A DNA stretch of 64,000 nucleotides from an uncultured Isosphaeraceae bacterium (GCA_964524945.1 CAZGFN010000004.1:5581-69580); one strand, 5' to 3'. Numbered from the stretch's first letter, positions 18,584 through 28,742 are shown. Notes: a model not told the origin generated them from the sequence alone. Numbers and translations: made by a program.

Positions 18584-19783
18584 TCAGACTGTCCAGTTGG
18601 CCAAAATGACCAGCAGGTCGTCGGTGCCAACTTCGCCGTCGCCGTTGATGTCTGCCGGGCACGCCGCGTCGCATGGTCCCCACATGGAGATGGCCAGCAG
18701 CAGGTCATCGGTACTCACCACGCCGTCGCCATTGATGTCGCCAGGCGTGGAGGCAATGGGCCGCAGGACCGCGGCGTGGTTGTCTTGGTCATCCCAGGCC
18801 AGCGAGGTGGCGATCCAACCGTTCTCGTTGACCCCACGGGCGATGCGAAAATCCGCGTTTAATGTGTTGTCTGCGACGAGGTCGTTAAGCAGATGGAATT
18901 CATCATCGATCCAGACGCATGCCAAGTTGGTGACGCCTGAGGCTGCTTCTGCTGGCCACGCCTTTCCAACGATCCAGCCAGACTCGTTGATGTCGTAGGC
19001 GAAGGTCTGCCACCCGTTGGGTTCTCCGAGGTATTCCATACCGTTTTTCAGCGACCACTTGAGCGCGTGATAGGTGCCGTCGGCGTTGGCGCCCCAGCCA
19101 CAGATGACGCGTTGTTCGTTGATGTCGGTGGCTTGGGCACCCCCATCTTCGGGGGCTTCCAATTCGATGATGTTGTTGATGTTGGCGTTGGGGACGACAA
19201 AGCCCCGCATCTTGCCCGATTCCAAACGCGCAAATCCAACGACATCGTTCAGCTCGTTGATCGCCAAGCACTGTGATTCATCGCCCCCGAAGGGGGGGAC
19301 TTCCAGCGTTTGGCCATCGATCCAGATACAGCCTCGAATGTTGTAGGGAACGCTGCCCACGAGTCCTACGGTGGTGCCGGCGTCGTTGATGTCTTTGGCC
19401 TGCCCGTAGTCGATGGCCGCCCACGCGGGTACACCTAGGTTGGTGGTGCCATCCTGAGGCGTCCAGACATAGGGATGGAATGTGGTGCCACTGGCTGCAG
19501 TGGAGTAGCCCACGACGTGTCCGTGGCGATTCATGGCAAAGCCCCAGGTGTTGCCCCCGGCGGGCGCATTGAGCGGCGGGATGTTGTGCATTACGTCGCC
19601 GTCCCAGAAAAAGGCGTGTTGAGACAGGCCATTGGGCGCTGTTCCCATGCCGCAAGCAGTATCGGCTTCGCTGATGTCGTGGGTGGCGCACGGGCCGGTA
19701 CCAAAGGTGCCGATGTCGATGATCTCAAACATCGGAACGGTTAGGAGGGTGCTGGTGAGGGCGGTCAGAATGCTCAGGCTCAT
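18584..19783 (-). CDS. secreted HAF-family repeat protein with C-terminal dockerin-type repeats
   Basis: Signal peptide. At least six repeats of the type (I/M/V)N..G..VG. (INDAGTTVGL, MNRHGHVVGY, INELNDVVGF, INEQRVICGW, INESGWIVGK, VNENGWIATS). The C-terminus carries two GD(I)NGDG.V..DDLL calcium-binding dockerin-like repeats. Confidence 0.8.
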   Translation of the reverse strand: MSLSILTALTSTLLTVPMFEIIDIGTFGTGPCATHDISEADTACGMGTAPNGLSQHAFFWDGDVMHNIPPLNAPAGGNTWGFAMNRHGHVVGYSTAASGTTFHPYVWTPQDGTTNLGVPAWAAIDYGQAKDINDAGTTVGLVGSVPYNIRGCIWIDGQTLEVPPFGGDESQCLAINELNDVVGFARLESGKMRGFVVPNANINNIIELEAPEDGGAQATDINEQRVICGWGANADGTYHALKWSLKNGMEYLGEPNGWQTFAYDINESGWIVGKAWPAEAASGVTNLACVWIDDEFHLLNDLVADNTLNADFRIARGVNENGWIATSLAWDDQDNHAAVLRPIASTPGDINGDGVVSTDDLLLAISMWGPCDAACPADINGDGEVGTDDLLVILANWTV

Positions 19784-19868
19784 CTCAGGATCTCCTTCTC
19801 ACGAGGATAACTAGCCTCGTGTCAGTCTCCCAAGCGAAAAAAGTGGCGTTGGTCCGCAATGTGTGCGG

Positions 19869-20846
19869 TTATGGCCCTAAGAACGGCCCGATGCCTTCTT
19901 CTCGCACCTGTTCGACCATCAACCGCATCGATTCGGCCAGACGGTCGAGTTGAACGGTGGTTTCTCGTAGGCGGTTGTAGAGGTCGGGGTTCGTGATGAG
20001 CAAGCCTGCGGTGCCCTTGCCTTCTTCGACGCCGCGAAGCAGGGCGCTTGTTTGGTGCAAGGCTTCGCTGAGGGCTCGGCCCGCTGCGGCCACTTCCACC
20101 GTGATCGTTTCGCTGCGCACATCGAGGTGACTGAGTAAGCCGTCGAAGGATTCCATCGCTATGACCGCGCGGTCCATGCCAGCCAAGGCCATGTGCATGA
20201 ATTCGGTAACCTCGTCGCGGAGCGCGGGGTTGTCCAGCCAGTCCGCAGCCGAACGAGCAGCGCGATCGACCTGCTGCAAGATGCTCGCGAGGCGCCCTTG
20301 GCCATTGCTGCCAGTGCCGCCCAGCAGCGACGATACATCTTCGCCCACCACACTCCAAGCCGCGCCCAGCCGGTTGAAGGTCTCAAGGGTTGGACCGACA
20401 CGCTCATCAAAGGCATCACTGATATCACGAACGGTCATGGATTGAATTGGCCCAGTCAAGATCGCGCTGCCATCCATCGCGAGGGTCTGGCCGCTGCGAA
20501 CGGCGGGGGATTCCAAATACAGATTGGCCCCGCCGGTGAGCAGCGATGCTTTGGTCATGGCGGTCACGCCCATCGGAATCGAGATGCCGTCGTTGACGCC
20601 GACCACAATACGCACAGGCCACTGGCCTGTTGGGGTCAGGGCCACCGACTCGATGATGCCAATGGGTACACCATCGAGTGCCACGCTGCTGTTGCTGCCA
20701 AGTCCCCCGGTTGATGGGGCGTGCAGTTGGAGCTGCCAGCGTTTTTCGATGTCGACTTCATTGAAGAGGTACAACAGAATGACAATGCCCGCGGCGGCCG
20801 CCAAGGTGCACAGTCCGATGAAGGCATCGCGGGTTCGCTCGTTCAC
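19869..20846 (-). CDS. mlaD: MlaD/MCE-domain protein
   Basis: N-terminal TM anchor, an MCE beta-barrel-like segment (V.LDGVPIG.I..V.L) and a long helical C-terminus. ATGA overlap with the mlaF stop. Confidence 0.85.
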   Translation of the reverse strand: MNERTRDAFIGLCTLAAAAGIVILLYLFNEVDIEKRWQLQLHAPSTGGLGSNSSVALDGVPIGIIESVALTPTGQWPVRIVVGVNDGISIPMGVTAMTKASLLTGGANLYLESPAVRSGQTLAMDGSAILTGPIQSMTVRDISDAFDERVGPTLETFNRLGAAWSVVGEDVSSLLGGTGSNGQGRLASILQQVDRAARSAADWLDNPALRDEVTEFMHMALAGMDRAVIAMESFDGLLSHLDVRSETITVEVAAAGRALSEALHQTSALLRGVEEGKGTAGLLITNPDLYNRLRETTVQLDRLAESMRLMVEQVREEGIGPFLGP

Positions 20847-21640
20847 GCTGCGTGCTCCGATTCCATGGCACGAAGATCTTCGGCCGTGGCTTTCCCGTCA
20901 AGAAAACTGCGAACGACTGGATCGTCGCTTTGGTTGAATATATCTGGCGGACCACTGAGCCACGAACGCCCCTCGCGGAGCAGCACCATATGGTCGGCAA
21001 TTTTGAAGGCCAGCGGAATGTCATGCGTTACCACGACGCTGGTTCCGCCGAGCACCTTTTGCAGGCGATTGAGCAGGTGGGCGACGACGTCACTACGAAT
21101 GGGATCAAGCCCGGTCGTCGGTTCGTCGTACAGAATGCACTCTGGACGTTGCACGATGGACCGTGCCAGCGCGACACGCTTGCGTTGGCCACCGGACAGT
21201 TCACTGGGAAGACGATCAATACATGCTTCGATCCCCAGCAAGGTCAAGACTTCCTCGGCGGCTTGGCGCCGCTGCGCCGCATTCATCGTCGTGTGCTCGC
21301 GAAGCGGAAAGGAGATGTTCTCCAGTACCGACATGGAATCAAACAACGCTCCTTGCTGAAACAGGAACCCGATGCGACGTCGAATGTCTACGAGGCGATG
21401 CTCGGGGAGTTGGTCGACCTGCTCGCCTAGTGCCCAGACACGACCAGCATCGGGCTTGAGCAGGCCGATGATCAGTTTGAGCGTCACGCTCTTGCCAGCA
21501 CCTGACGGGCCCAGAATGACCGTGGTGCATCCCGTGGGCACTTCAAGATCCATTCCCTGCAAGACATGGATATCGCCAAAGGACTTGTCGACCCCTTGCA
21601 GCGAAATGAGGGCCTTGTCTGGGGGTGGTGTGTCGGACAT
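20843..21640 (-). CDS. mlaF: ABC transporter ATP-binding protein MlaF
   Basis: Walker A GPSGAGKSV, signature LSGGQRKRVALAR, Walker B ILYDEPTTGLD. The true start is the ATG at 21640 (MSDTPPPDKALISLQGV...). The 445-aa track ORF carries a spurious N-terminal extension that overlaps the NUDIX gene. Confidence 0.9.
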   Translation of the reverse strand: MSDTPPPDKALISLQGVDKSFGDIHVLQGMDLEVPTGCTTVILGPSGAGKSVTLKLIIGLLKPDAGRVWALGEQVDQLPEHRLVDIRRRIGFLFQQGALFDSMSVLENISFPLREHTTMNAAQRRQAAEEVLTLLGIEACIDRLPSELSGGQRKRVALARSIVQRPECILYDEPTTGLDPIRSDVVAHLLNRLQKVLGGTSVVVTHDIPLAFKIADHMVLLREGRSWLSGPPDIFNQSDDPVVRSFLDGKATAEDLRAMESEHAA

Positions 21641-21673
21641 CGCCCGGCACCGTATCATCCCGAGACCGTGGCG

Positions 21674-22204
21674 ATGCGACCGATGACCCGTGAGCCGCTG
21701 CTTCAAGGCCGAATCTTCGGTGTGGAGCGGTGTACCTGGACCGCCACCGACGGCGTGGAGGTCCAGCGCGAGATCGTGCGTCATCCCGGAGCCGTCACCA
21801 TTGTGCCTATGACCGATGATGGCCAGATGGTTTTTGTACGGAATTGGCGAATGGCCGTGGGCGGGCCGCTCTGGGAATTGCCCGCGGGCAAATTGGAGCC
21901 GGGCGAAGTGCCCATCGATACCGCATCGCGGGAACTCAAGGAAGAAACAGGCTATACCGCTACTGAGATCGAACCCTTGGGGACGTACTACACGTCGCCG
22001 GGATTTGCCGATGAACTGATGCATGCCTTTCTCGCCACGGGACTGGTCACAGGCACACCATCGCCGGAAGCCGGTGAGGATGTGCAGGCGCAGACCTTCA
22101 GTATGCAGGAGGTCGACGCCATGATCGATACAGGCGATCTGGTGGACGGCAAGACGCTTGCGGCCCTGCTGCTGTGGCAACGCGCTACTGGTGGGGCCGT
22201 CTGA
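21674..22204 (+). CDS. NUDIX hydrolase (ADP-ribose pyrophosphatase-like)
   Basis: Nudix box GKLEPGEVPIDTASRELKEETGY. ATG at 21674, divergent from mlaF. The stop overlaps the rhomboid start (TGATG). Confidence 0.85.
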   Translation: MRPMTREPLLQGRIFGVERCTWTATDGVEVQREIVRHPGAVTIVPMTDDGQMVFVRNWRMAVGGPLWELPAGKLEPGEVPIDTASRELKEETGYTATEIEPLGTYYTSPGFADELMHAFLATGLVTGTPSPEAGEDVQAQTFSMQEVDAMIDTGDLVDGKTLAALLLWQRATGGAV

Positions 22205-23376
22205 TGGGCATTTACGACCGTGATTACGCCAGAGCGCCTGGGGCGGGAATTGGCCGCCCGCAACGACCGTTGCCAGGCTTCAATGCGCCCCGGCAGTGGT
22301 GGCGCTCTGTCAACACGTGGCTGATCATTCTCTGTGTGGCGGTTTTTGCCATCGACGGGCTGTTTGCCAAGTACGCCGCGCCCATTGAAACAGGGCTGTA
22401 CTGGGTGGAAGATTCCGGCGTGTGGCATGAGGTGGCCGATCCGCCGTGGTTTGCCGCCACCATTCGACCCGATGAGTTCACACTTGGCGACCAAGTGGTG
22501 TCACAAACGGTGCCAGTAACCAAGCGTGATGGCGGGTCCGAAACCGAAACCATTTCCGGAATTCCGGTCTTTGATCCAAGCGGCAAAGTCGTGGCGATGG
22601 CTCAGGGCAGTTGGGGCACGCCGTTGCAGCGGTGGCTGCACTTTTCAAGCAAGAAAGTCGTTGGAGGCGCGCAATTATGGAGGCTCATTGGCTTCCAGTT
22701 TCTACACGCGAGCTTGGCGCACTTGCTGTTCAATATGATCGCGCTGTACTTCTTTGGTTCACTGGTCGAAAACTACCTCGGATCCAAGCGGTACCTCGCC
22801 TTCTATCTGTTGTGCGGCATCGCGGGGTCGATGGGCTATTTACTGCTCAATTTGGCGGGGTTTGCGTGGATTGAACACTTTGGGCTTGCGCCAATTCGTG
22901 GTCTGCTCTTCAATGCATCGGGCACACCACTTTTGGGCGCGTCGGCGGGCGTATTTGGCGTGCTCATCGGCGGGGCCTTTTTGGCGCCCAACGCCATGGT
23001 GCTGGTCTTCTTCATTCTGCCCATGCGTCTGGCGACGCTGGCCTGGGTAATGGTGGGCGTAGCAGTGGTGTCCATCTTCATTGGGACGGCCAATGCTGGT
23101 GGCGAGGCGGCGCACCTTGGTGGGGCGCTGGCGGGCTGGGGCTTTATTCGGCATCCGCAGCGGCTGCACCGTTTTTTCGACTGGCTCGGGCGGTTCGATC
23201 CGACGTCTCAACACTTCCGCACTGGCCGCACTGCATCACGGCCAGCACGGCCAGCACGAGATGACGAAATTGATCGCATCCTTTCCAAGATTTCCCGCAA
23301 GGGACTGCACAGCCTCACCGCTGCCGAGAAGAAACTGCTGCAAGAGGCATCGCGCCAAGAGGATTCCACCGGGTGA
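22204..23376 (+). CDS. rhomboid-family intramembrane serine protease
   Basis: FLHASLAHLLFNM, catalytic GASAGVFG and HLGGALAG motifs. A long extracytoplasmic segment follows the first TM, and the C-terminal tail is basic. Confidence 0.85.
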   Translation: MGIYDRDYARAPGAGIGRPQRPLPGFNAPRQWWRSVNTWLIILCVAVFAIDGLFAKYAAPIETGLYWVEDSGVWHEVADPPWFAATIRPDEFTLGDQVVSQTVPVTKRDGGSETETISGIPVFDPSGKVVAMAQGSWGTPLQRWLHFSSKKVVGGAQLWRLIGFQFLHASLAHLLFNMIALYFFGSLVENYLGSKRYLAFYLLCGIAGSMGYLLLNLAGFAWIEHFGLAPIRGLLFNASGTPLLGASAGVFGVLIGGAFLAPNAMVLVFFILPMRLATLAWVMVGVAVVSIFIGTANAGGEAAHLGGALAGWGFIRHPQRLHRFFDWLGRFDPTSQHFRTGRTASRPARPARDDEIDRILSKISRKGLHSLTAAEKKLLQEASRQEDSTG

Positions 23377-24605
23377 CCGGGCCGATCCAATTCACGATTG
23401 AACACCAGTGCGCTTCAGGTCATTCCCGACTTGGCCGCGTCGATACGCCGCATGGTTCATTCCAAACACCGGTCTTCATGCCTGTTGGCACCAAGGGAAC
23501 GGTCAAGGGGTTGCTGCCGTCGCTCGTGGAGGACACTGGTTCGGAGATTATTCTCAACAACGCCTATCACCTGATGCTGCGACCGGGCGACGCGCTGGTG
23601 CGAGAGATGGGCGGCGTCCACACGTTCATGCGATGGGATCGTCCCATCCTGACCGATTCGGGCGGCTTCCAAGCGTGGTCGATGGCAGATAAGAATTCCA
23701 TCGATGAAGACGGCGTGACGTTCAAGTCCATCGTCGATGGTTCGAAGATTCATCTGTCGCCCGAGCGGTCGATCGAAGTGCAAAACAATCTCGGCGCTGA
23801 CATCATCATGGCCTTTGATGATTGTCCTCCATCGACCACTGGCCCGACGAACCACTTGGATGCGCGACGTCCAGCGCTTGCTGTAGCGCATCAGAAACAG
23901 ATTGGTCGCGATCATCGAGGCCGGCTTGCCGATGCCGTGGAGCGAACGACGCGGTGGCTTGAACGTTGTGTGGCAGCGCACCAGCGTCCCGACGAGCAGG
24001 GGCTCTTTGGAATCGTCCAAGGCGGTCCGGACCACGAGCTTCGTGTGCGATCGATCGAGCAGGTGACCAATATCGAGTTGCCCGGCTATGCCATCGGCGG
24101 CGTGGCAGTGGGGGAGTCCAGCGACCTGATCACCGAGGTGGTGTCGGTCACGGCGCCAGCCCTTCCAGAGGATCGGCCGCGATACCTGATGGGGGTGGGA
24201 TATGAGCGGGATATTGTCGCGGCGGTGCGGGCTGGGGTCGACATGTTTGACTGCGTCCTGCCAACCCGAAACGGTCGAAATGGGGGCATCTTCACGCGGG
24301 AGGGGCGTTTGCAGATCCGCAACGCAAGATTTCGCGACGATTCACGCCCGCTTGAGGCGGGCTGCGACTGCGTGACCTGCCGAGGCGGATTCTCGCGAGC
24401 CTATCTGCGACACCTGTTTACGGCTGGGGAGATGCTCGGAGGCATTCTGCTGAGCTTGCACAACATCAGGCACTTCCATCGCCTGATGCTGGACATCCGG
24501 AGGGCCATCAGGGATGATGCGTGGTCTTCGCTGGTCCGAGCTTGGCCGGTGCTAGAGGCGTCCCCTTCGGAGCCCTCCGAATCGGACCCATCACATCAGG
24601 CTTGA
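23373..24605 (+). CDS. tgt: tRNA-guanine transglycosylase (queuine tRNA-ribosyltransferase)
   Basis: TPVFMPVGT.GTVKG, DSGGFQ, and the zinc site CDC.TC...YLRHL. GTG start overlapping the previous stop (GTGA). Confidence 0.95.
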   Translation: MTGPIQFTIEHQCASGHSRLGRVDTPHGSFQTPVFMPVGTKGTVKGLLPSLVEDTGSEIILNNAYHLMLRPGDALVREMGGVHTFMRWDRPILTDSGGFQAWSMADKNSIDEDGVTFKSIVDGSKIHLSPERSIEVQNNLGADIIMAFDDCPPSTTGPTNHLDARRPALAVAHQKQIGRDHRGRLADAVERTTRWLERCVAAHQRPDEQGLFGIVQGGPDHELRVRSIEQVTNIELPGYAIGGVAVGESSDLITEVVSVTAPALPEDRPRYLMGVGYERDIVAAVRAGVDMFDCVLPTRNGRNGGIFTREGRLQIRNARFRDDSRPLEAGCDCVTCRGGFSRAYLRHLFTAGEMLGGILLSLHNIRHFHRLMLDIRRAIRDDAWSSLVRAWPVLEASPSEPSESDPSHQA

Positions 24606-24664
24606 ACCAGTTCTTGACGCTTGAACGACCTTTCCAATGACGCCCCGTTTCGGAGCCACGCTGC

Positions 24665-25117
24665 ATGAACTTCTCTATTGTCCACACGCTTTGGATGCCC
24701 ATTGGCACCAAGATGCCGCCGATGTCGGGGAATGACGGCACCAAGGTGACCACCCAAGCGGACGGCACCGTGACGAGTCAAGGGCCCGATGCCGGTGATG
24801 CCGGGCTATTCGGCGGGGGCTTCATGCCGATCTTCTTCATCGTCATCTTGGCTTTTGTAGCCATGACGATGTTCGGATCGCGCAAAGAGAAGAAGAAGAA
24901 GGCTCAACTGATGGCGGCCATTGGCAAGAACGACACCGTGCAGACGATCGGGGGCATGATCGGTCGGGTGGTGTCGATTCAGGATGATCGCATTGTTTTG
25001 GAAGTCGATAAGAACTCCGGCAGCAGGGTTACGCTGGCAAGGCAAGCGGTTCAGCAGGTGCTGACCCAGACCGATAGTGATAGTACGGATACCGCGGACG
25101 AGTCCACATCAGACTGA
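24665..25117 (+). CDS. yajC: preprotein translocase subunit YajC
   Basis: A single TM (FMPIFFIVILAFVAMTMF), then KKKKAQLMAAIGKNDTVQTIGGMIGRVVSI.DD.IVLEV. Lies between tgt and secDF as in the classical operon. The N-terminal extent is uncertain. Confidence 0.8.
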   Translation: MNFSIVHTLWMPIGTKMPPMSGNDGTKVTTQADGTVTSQGPDAGDAGLFGGGFMPIFFIVILAFVAMTMFGSRKEKKKKAQLMAAIGKNDTVQTIGGMIGRVVSIQDDRIVLEVDKNSGSRVTLARQAVQQVLTQTDSDSTDTADESTSD

Positions 25118-25144
25118 CGTCCGTCACAAGAGCACAACGAATTC

Positions 25145-28100
25145 ATGCAGAACGCATTCTGGAAAATCGTCATTATTCTCGTCGTCGCAGGTGGCTGCAT
25201 CTGGGCGATCAATCCACCTGAAGACAAGATTCGACTCGGCCGCGATCTCAGCGGCGGTGTCAGTCTGGTGTATTCGGTTCGCATGCCTGATGGCGTCGAC
25301 CGTCGCGCACTGATCGACCAGACTATTCGCGTCTTGTCCGAGCGTGTCAATCCGCAGGGCGTCATGGACATCGCGATGACACCACTCGGTGGCGATCGAA
25401 TCGAAGTAGTCATGCCGCTGCCCAACGAAGAGGTCAAGGCCCTTGCGCGGATCTATCGCGATCAGTTGGACACCTTTGTGTCTGATGCGGAAATCAAACG
25501 GTCTGATCTCGAGCGTGCCTTGACTGATGGCAATGCCGTCGATCGATTTGGATCCGATGGTGATCGCGGTGCACTCGTGGCCGACTTGCAGGAGGCGTTC
25601 GACCGGGCCCGCGCGATGCAGGCAGCGGTAGTTGCGGCCCAAGCGTCGGGTGACCAATCGGCGCTCAATGAAGCGAGGCAGGAGCTCGCTGATGCGCAGG
25701 TCAATGCCGAACAATTGCAAGAAGAAGTGCTCGATCTGAGCCTCGACCGCAGCCGGGTGGTGCGAGTGTTGGAACTTCCAAACGCCCGCGAAGCGATGCG
25801 CGACGCAGAAGACAATATTGTTGTCGATGAAGACGGACGCACGGTGTATGAACCGTCGCCGCGACAGGTCGCGTTGGACTCACTCCGAGCCGAGTATCCC
25901 GCCGCGGCTCCAGGCCTCGATGCCGTCGTGCAGAAGTGGGCCGATTACCAGTCTCGCCGCACCGGACTGGATGACCCCGAAGACCTTATGCGGCTCCTGC
26001 AGGGAGCAGGTGTGCTGCACTTCCACATCGCCGCGAGGCCGGGCACCACGCAGGGCGTTGACATCGAGCGGATGCGAAGCCAACTTGTTGAAGTTGGCCC
26101 AGATAACACCGATTCGGTTATTGCTCGTTGGTATCCGATTCACGACTTACAACAGTGGATTGATTCCCCTGAAGCGCTTCAGACTCTCGAAGCCGATCCG
26201 GTGTCCTACTTCGCCAGCAAGTACCGCTTGATCGCAGCCGAGCGTGATGGCCAGCACTACGTGCTGCTGTACACGTCGCCGGGCATGGCGATGACGCATG
26301 GTGGCGATGACAATTGGGCCGTCGAGGCCACGGGCCGGACGGTTGACCAAATGGGTCGTTCGGCCGTTAGTTTCAGGCTCGATGCCAATGGCGGCAGTTT
26401 GATGAGCCGCATGACCAATAACAACGTCAATGAGCCGATGGCCATCGTGCTGGACGGCAAGGTGTACTCGGCTCCCAATGTGCAGACGGCGATTGCTGGC
26501 AGCGGCATTATCAGTGGCAGTTTCTCATCTGAGGAACTCGACTACCTGCTGCGAACCCTCGCGGCTGGTTCGCTCGAAGCAAGGCTTTCTCCAGAACCGA
26601 TCGCGGTGAGCGTGCTTGGCCCGTCACTTGGTGCCGACAACCTTACACGGGGACTGGAAGCATTCGGCTGGGCGGTCGTTGTGGTCGGCCTGTTCATGTT
26701 CATCTGGTATTTCTTCGCCGGACTGGTCGCCGACTCGGCTTTGGTTTTCAACGGGCTGATCATCTTTGGTGTTATGGCGATGATGCAGGGCACGTTTACG
26801 CTGCCAGGTCTGGCCGGTGTCGTGCTGACGATGGGTATGGCTGTAGATGCCAACGTGCTGATTTATGAACGTATTCGAGAAGAGCTCGATGCAGGGGCGA
26901 GAAACCTGCGTGAAGCTGTCCGCGATGCCTACCGTCACGTACAAGGCACCATTCTCGATGCAAACATCACCAACCTCATCGTGTGTGCCGTCCTGCTACT
27001 CATGGAGCCGACCACCGAAGTCAAGGGCTTTGCGCTGACGCTGAGCATCGGCATCATTGCGACGCTGTTCACGGCGCTATTCGTGACGCGATTCATCTTC
27101 GACGCCTATCTGTACTGGTTCGGCGGACGCAAGATCGCCATGCTTCCGATGGCGATTCCTGCTGTGGCCAGATTGCTGCACCCCAAGACCGACTGGGTTG
27201 GGTTTCGTGGTGTGTTCTGGACATTCAGTGCGTTGATCATCGCGGGCTCGATCACGCTCTTCTTCTCACGGGGCGCTGAGATGTTCGATACCGAATTCCG
27301 TGGTGGTGTGTCCATCACGATGCAGACGAGGGACCACGGCGGTTCGCCTCTGATGTTGGCCCACAACGGCGAGGGGTCCGTTACCGACCGGATTCGTGCC
27401 ATTGGCGAAGCGGCTGGTCAGGGCGATTCGCTCGAGGCCCGTGTGCTTCGTGAGATGCGAAACGCCAAGATCGTCACGATTGGCGATGGTGTTCTGGACG
27501 ACAATGGTCGCGCGATGGGGGAGTCCTTCCAAGTCAAGGTTGCCGCTCCGGTAAATCTTGGAGCCGAGGAAGGCACACAGGACATTGTCGCAGCAGCCCT
27601 GCTCGAGGAGTTTGGCAGCGAGCTTGATATTTCCCCCTCCCGCACCTTCTCCGGTCAAGGCAGCACTGCTTGGGCGCAGCACACAAGACCTATCGATGCC
27701 GGAACGCTTGGTGAAGTGCTTGGCCATTCGGCCACGCTGGCCGATACGTCTGAGCACCTCGGTGGTGTTGTGGTGTTGACCGAAGATGTATCACCTCCGA
27801 TTACGCTTGAGGAGGTGGCCCAGCGGGTCGATCGGATTCGCCAAGATCCAGACTTTACTGACACGATTGGCCGTGACGTGATGGTCGCTGGGTTGGTGCC
27901 CGCCAGTGATGGCACATGGTCGTCGGTAGCCATCGCGGTGCTTGATCCTGAGATTAACTATCTCCGCAGCGATTCCAAACTGGCCGACGAACGGCTGGCC
28001 CAACGTGAGTGGTCGCTCGTGCATGAGGCCTTGGCCCGGCAGAGTAGTTTTGAGCAGGTCAGTTCCTTTGCGCCTGCGATTGCTCGGACACGAACGGCCA

Positions 28101-28681
28101 ATGCCATCGGCGCTGTCGCCCTGTCGCTTGCGGGCATTCTGTTCTATATCTGGATGCGATTTGGATCGCTTCGATATTCACTTGCGGCAATTGCAGCGCT
28201 GTGCCATGACGTCATCGTGGTGGTGGGCTTCCTAGCACTCAGCGGCGCCATTGCAGGGCAGGCGTGGGCGTCTGGCGGTTTGCTCATCGATGAATTCCAG
28301 ATTGACACTGGCATCGTCGCGGCACTCTTGACGGTGATTGGCTATTCGCTCAATGACACCATTGTCATCCTCGACCGTATTCGTGAAAATCGCGGTAAGC
28401 GTCCGATACCTAACAGGGCCTGCGTCAACAACTCGATCAATCAGGCCTTCAGCCGAACGATTCTGACATCGGTCACGACCCTTGTGGCGGTGCTGATCAT
28501 CTACATCTTTGGTGGACCTGGCCTGCGAGGATTCGCCTATGCCTTGGTGGTTGGCGTGATTGTCGGTACGTATTCGTCGGTGGCCATTGCCTCTCCGCTG
28601 GTCTTCCGTCGAAGCAGCGGACCAGTTCCTGAAGCAGATCCTGTGTTGCCTGAAGATGAAGTCAAGCCGCTGCCCGCCTGA
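25145..28681 (+). CDS. secDF: fused protein-export membrane protein SecD/SecF
   Basis: 1178-aa ORF with a SecD periplasmic head and TM bundle (...MAVDANVLIYERIREE...), followed by a SecF TM bundle (...GYSLNDTIVILDRIREN...). Confidence 0.95.
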   Translation: MQNAFWKIVIILVVAGGCIWAINPPEDKIRLGRDLSGGVSLVYSVRMPDGVDRRALIDQTIRVLSERVNPQGVMDIAMTPLGGDRIEVVMPLPNEEVKALARIYRDQLDTFVSDAEIKRSDLERALTDGNAVDRFGSDGDRGALVADLQEAFDRARAMQAAVVAAQASGDQSALNEARQELADAQVNAEQLQEEVLDLSLDRSRVVRVLELPNAREAMRDAEDNIVVDEDGRTVYEPSPRQVALDSLRAEYPAAAPGLDAVVQKWADYQSRRTGLDDPEDLMRLLQGAGVLHFHIAARPGTTQGVDIERMRSQLVEVGPDNTDSVIARWYPIHDLQQWIDSPEALQTLEADPVSYFASKYRLIAAERDGQHYVLLYTSPGMAMTHGGDDNWAVEATGRTVDQMGRSAVSFRLDANGGSLMSRMTNNNVNEPMAIVLDGKVYSAPNVQTAIAGSGIISGSFSSEELDYLLRTLAAGSLEARLSPEPIAVSVLGPSLGADNLTRGLEAFGWAVVVVGLFMFIWYFFAGLVADSALVFNGLIIFGVMAMMQGTFTLPGLAGVVLTMGMAVDANVLIYERIREELDAGARNLREAVRDAYRHVQGTILDANITNLIVCAVLLLMEPTTEVKGFALTLSIGIIATLFTALFVTRFIFDAYLYWFGGRKIAMLPMAIPAVARLLHPKTDWVGFRGVFWTFSALIIAGSITLFFSRGAEMFDTEFRGGVSITMQTRDHGGSPLMLAHNGEGSVTDRIRAIGEAAGQGDSLEARVLREMRNAKIVTIGDGVLDDNGRAMGESFQVKVAAPVNLGAEEGTQDIVAAALLEEFGSELDISPSRTFSGQGSTAWAQHTRPIDAGTLGEVLGHSATLADTSEHLGGVVVLTEDVSPPITLEEVAQRVDRIRQDPDFTDTIGRDVMVAGLVPASDGTWSSVAIAVLDPEINYLRSDSKLADERLAQREWSLVHEALARQSSFEQVSSFAPAIARTRTANAIGAVALSLAGILFYIWMRFGSLRYSLAAIAALCHDVIVVVGFLALSGAIAGQAWASGGLLIDEFQIDTGIVAALLTVIGYSLNDTIVILDRIRENRGKRPIPNRACVNNSINQAFSRTILTSVTTLVAVLIIYIFGGPGLRGFAYALVVGVIVGTYSSVAIASPLVFRRSSGPVPEADPVLPEDEVKPLPA

Positions 28682-28742
28682 TACATATAGGAATTCAGGT
28701 CATGATGCTCAGTCGGCCGATGTGAGTGTAGGAGGCATACGC

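Noticed and set aside
21641-22180. N-terminal 180-aa extension of the mlaF ORF (track ORF 20843..22180)
   Set aside because: The extension overlaps the NUDIX gene on the other strand and has no ABC motifs. The canonical ABC N-terminus begins at the ATG at 21640.
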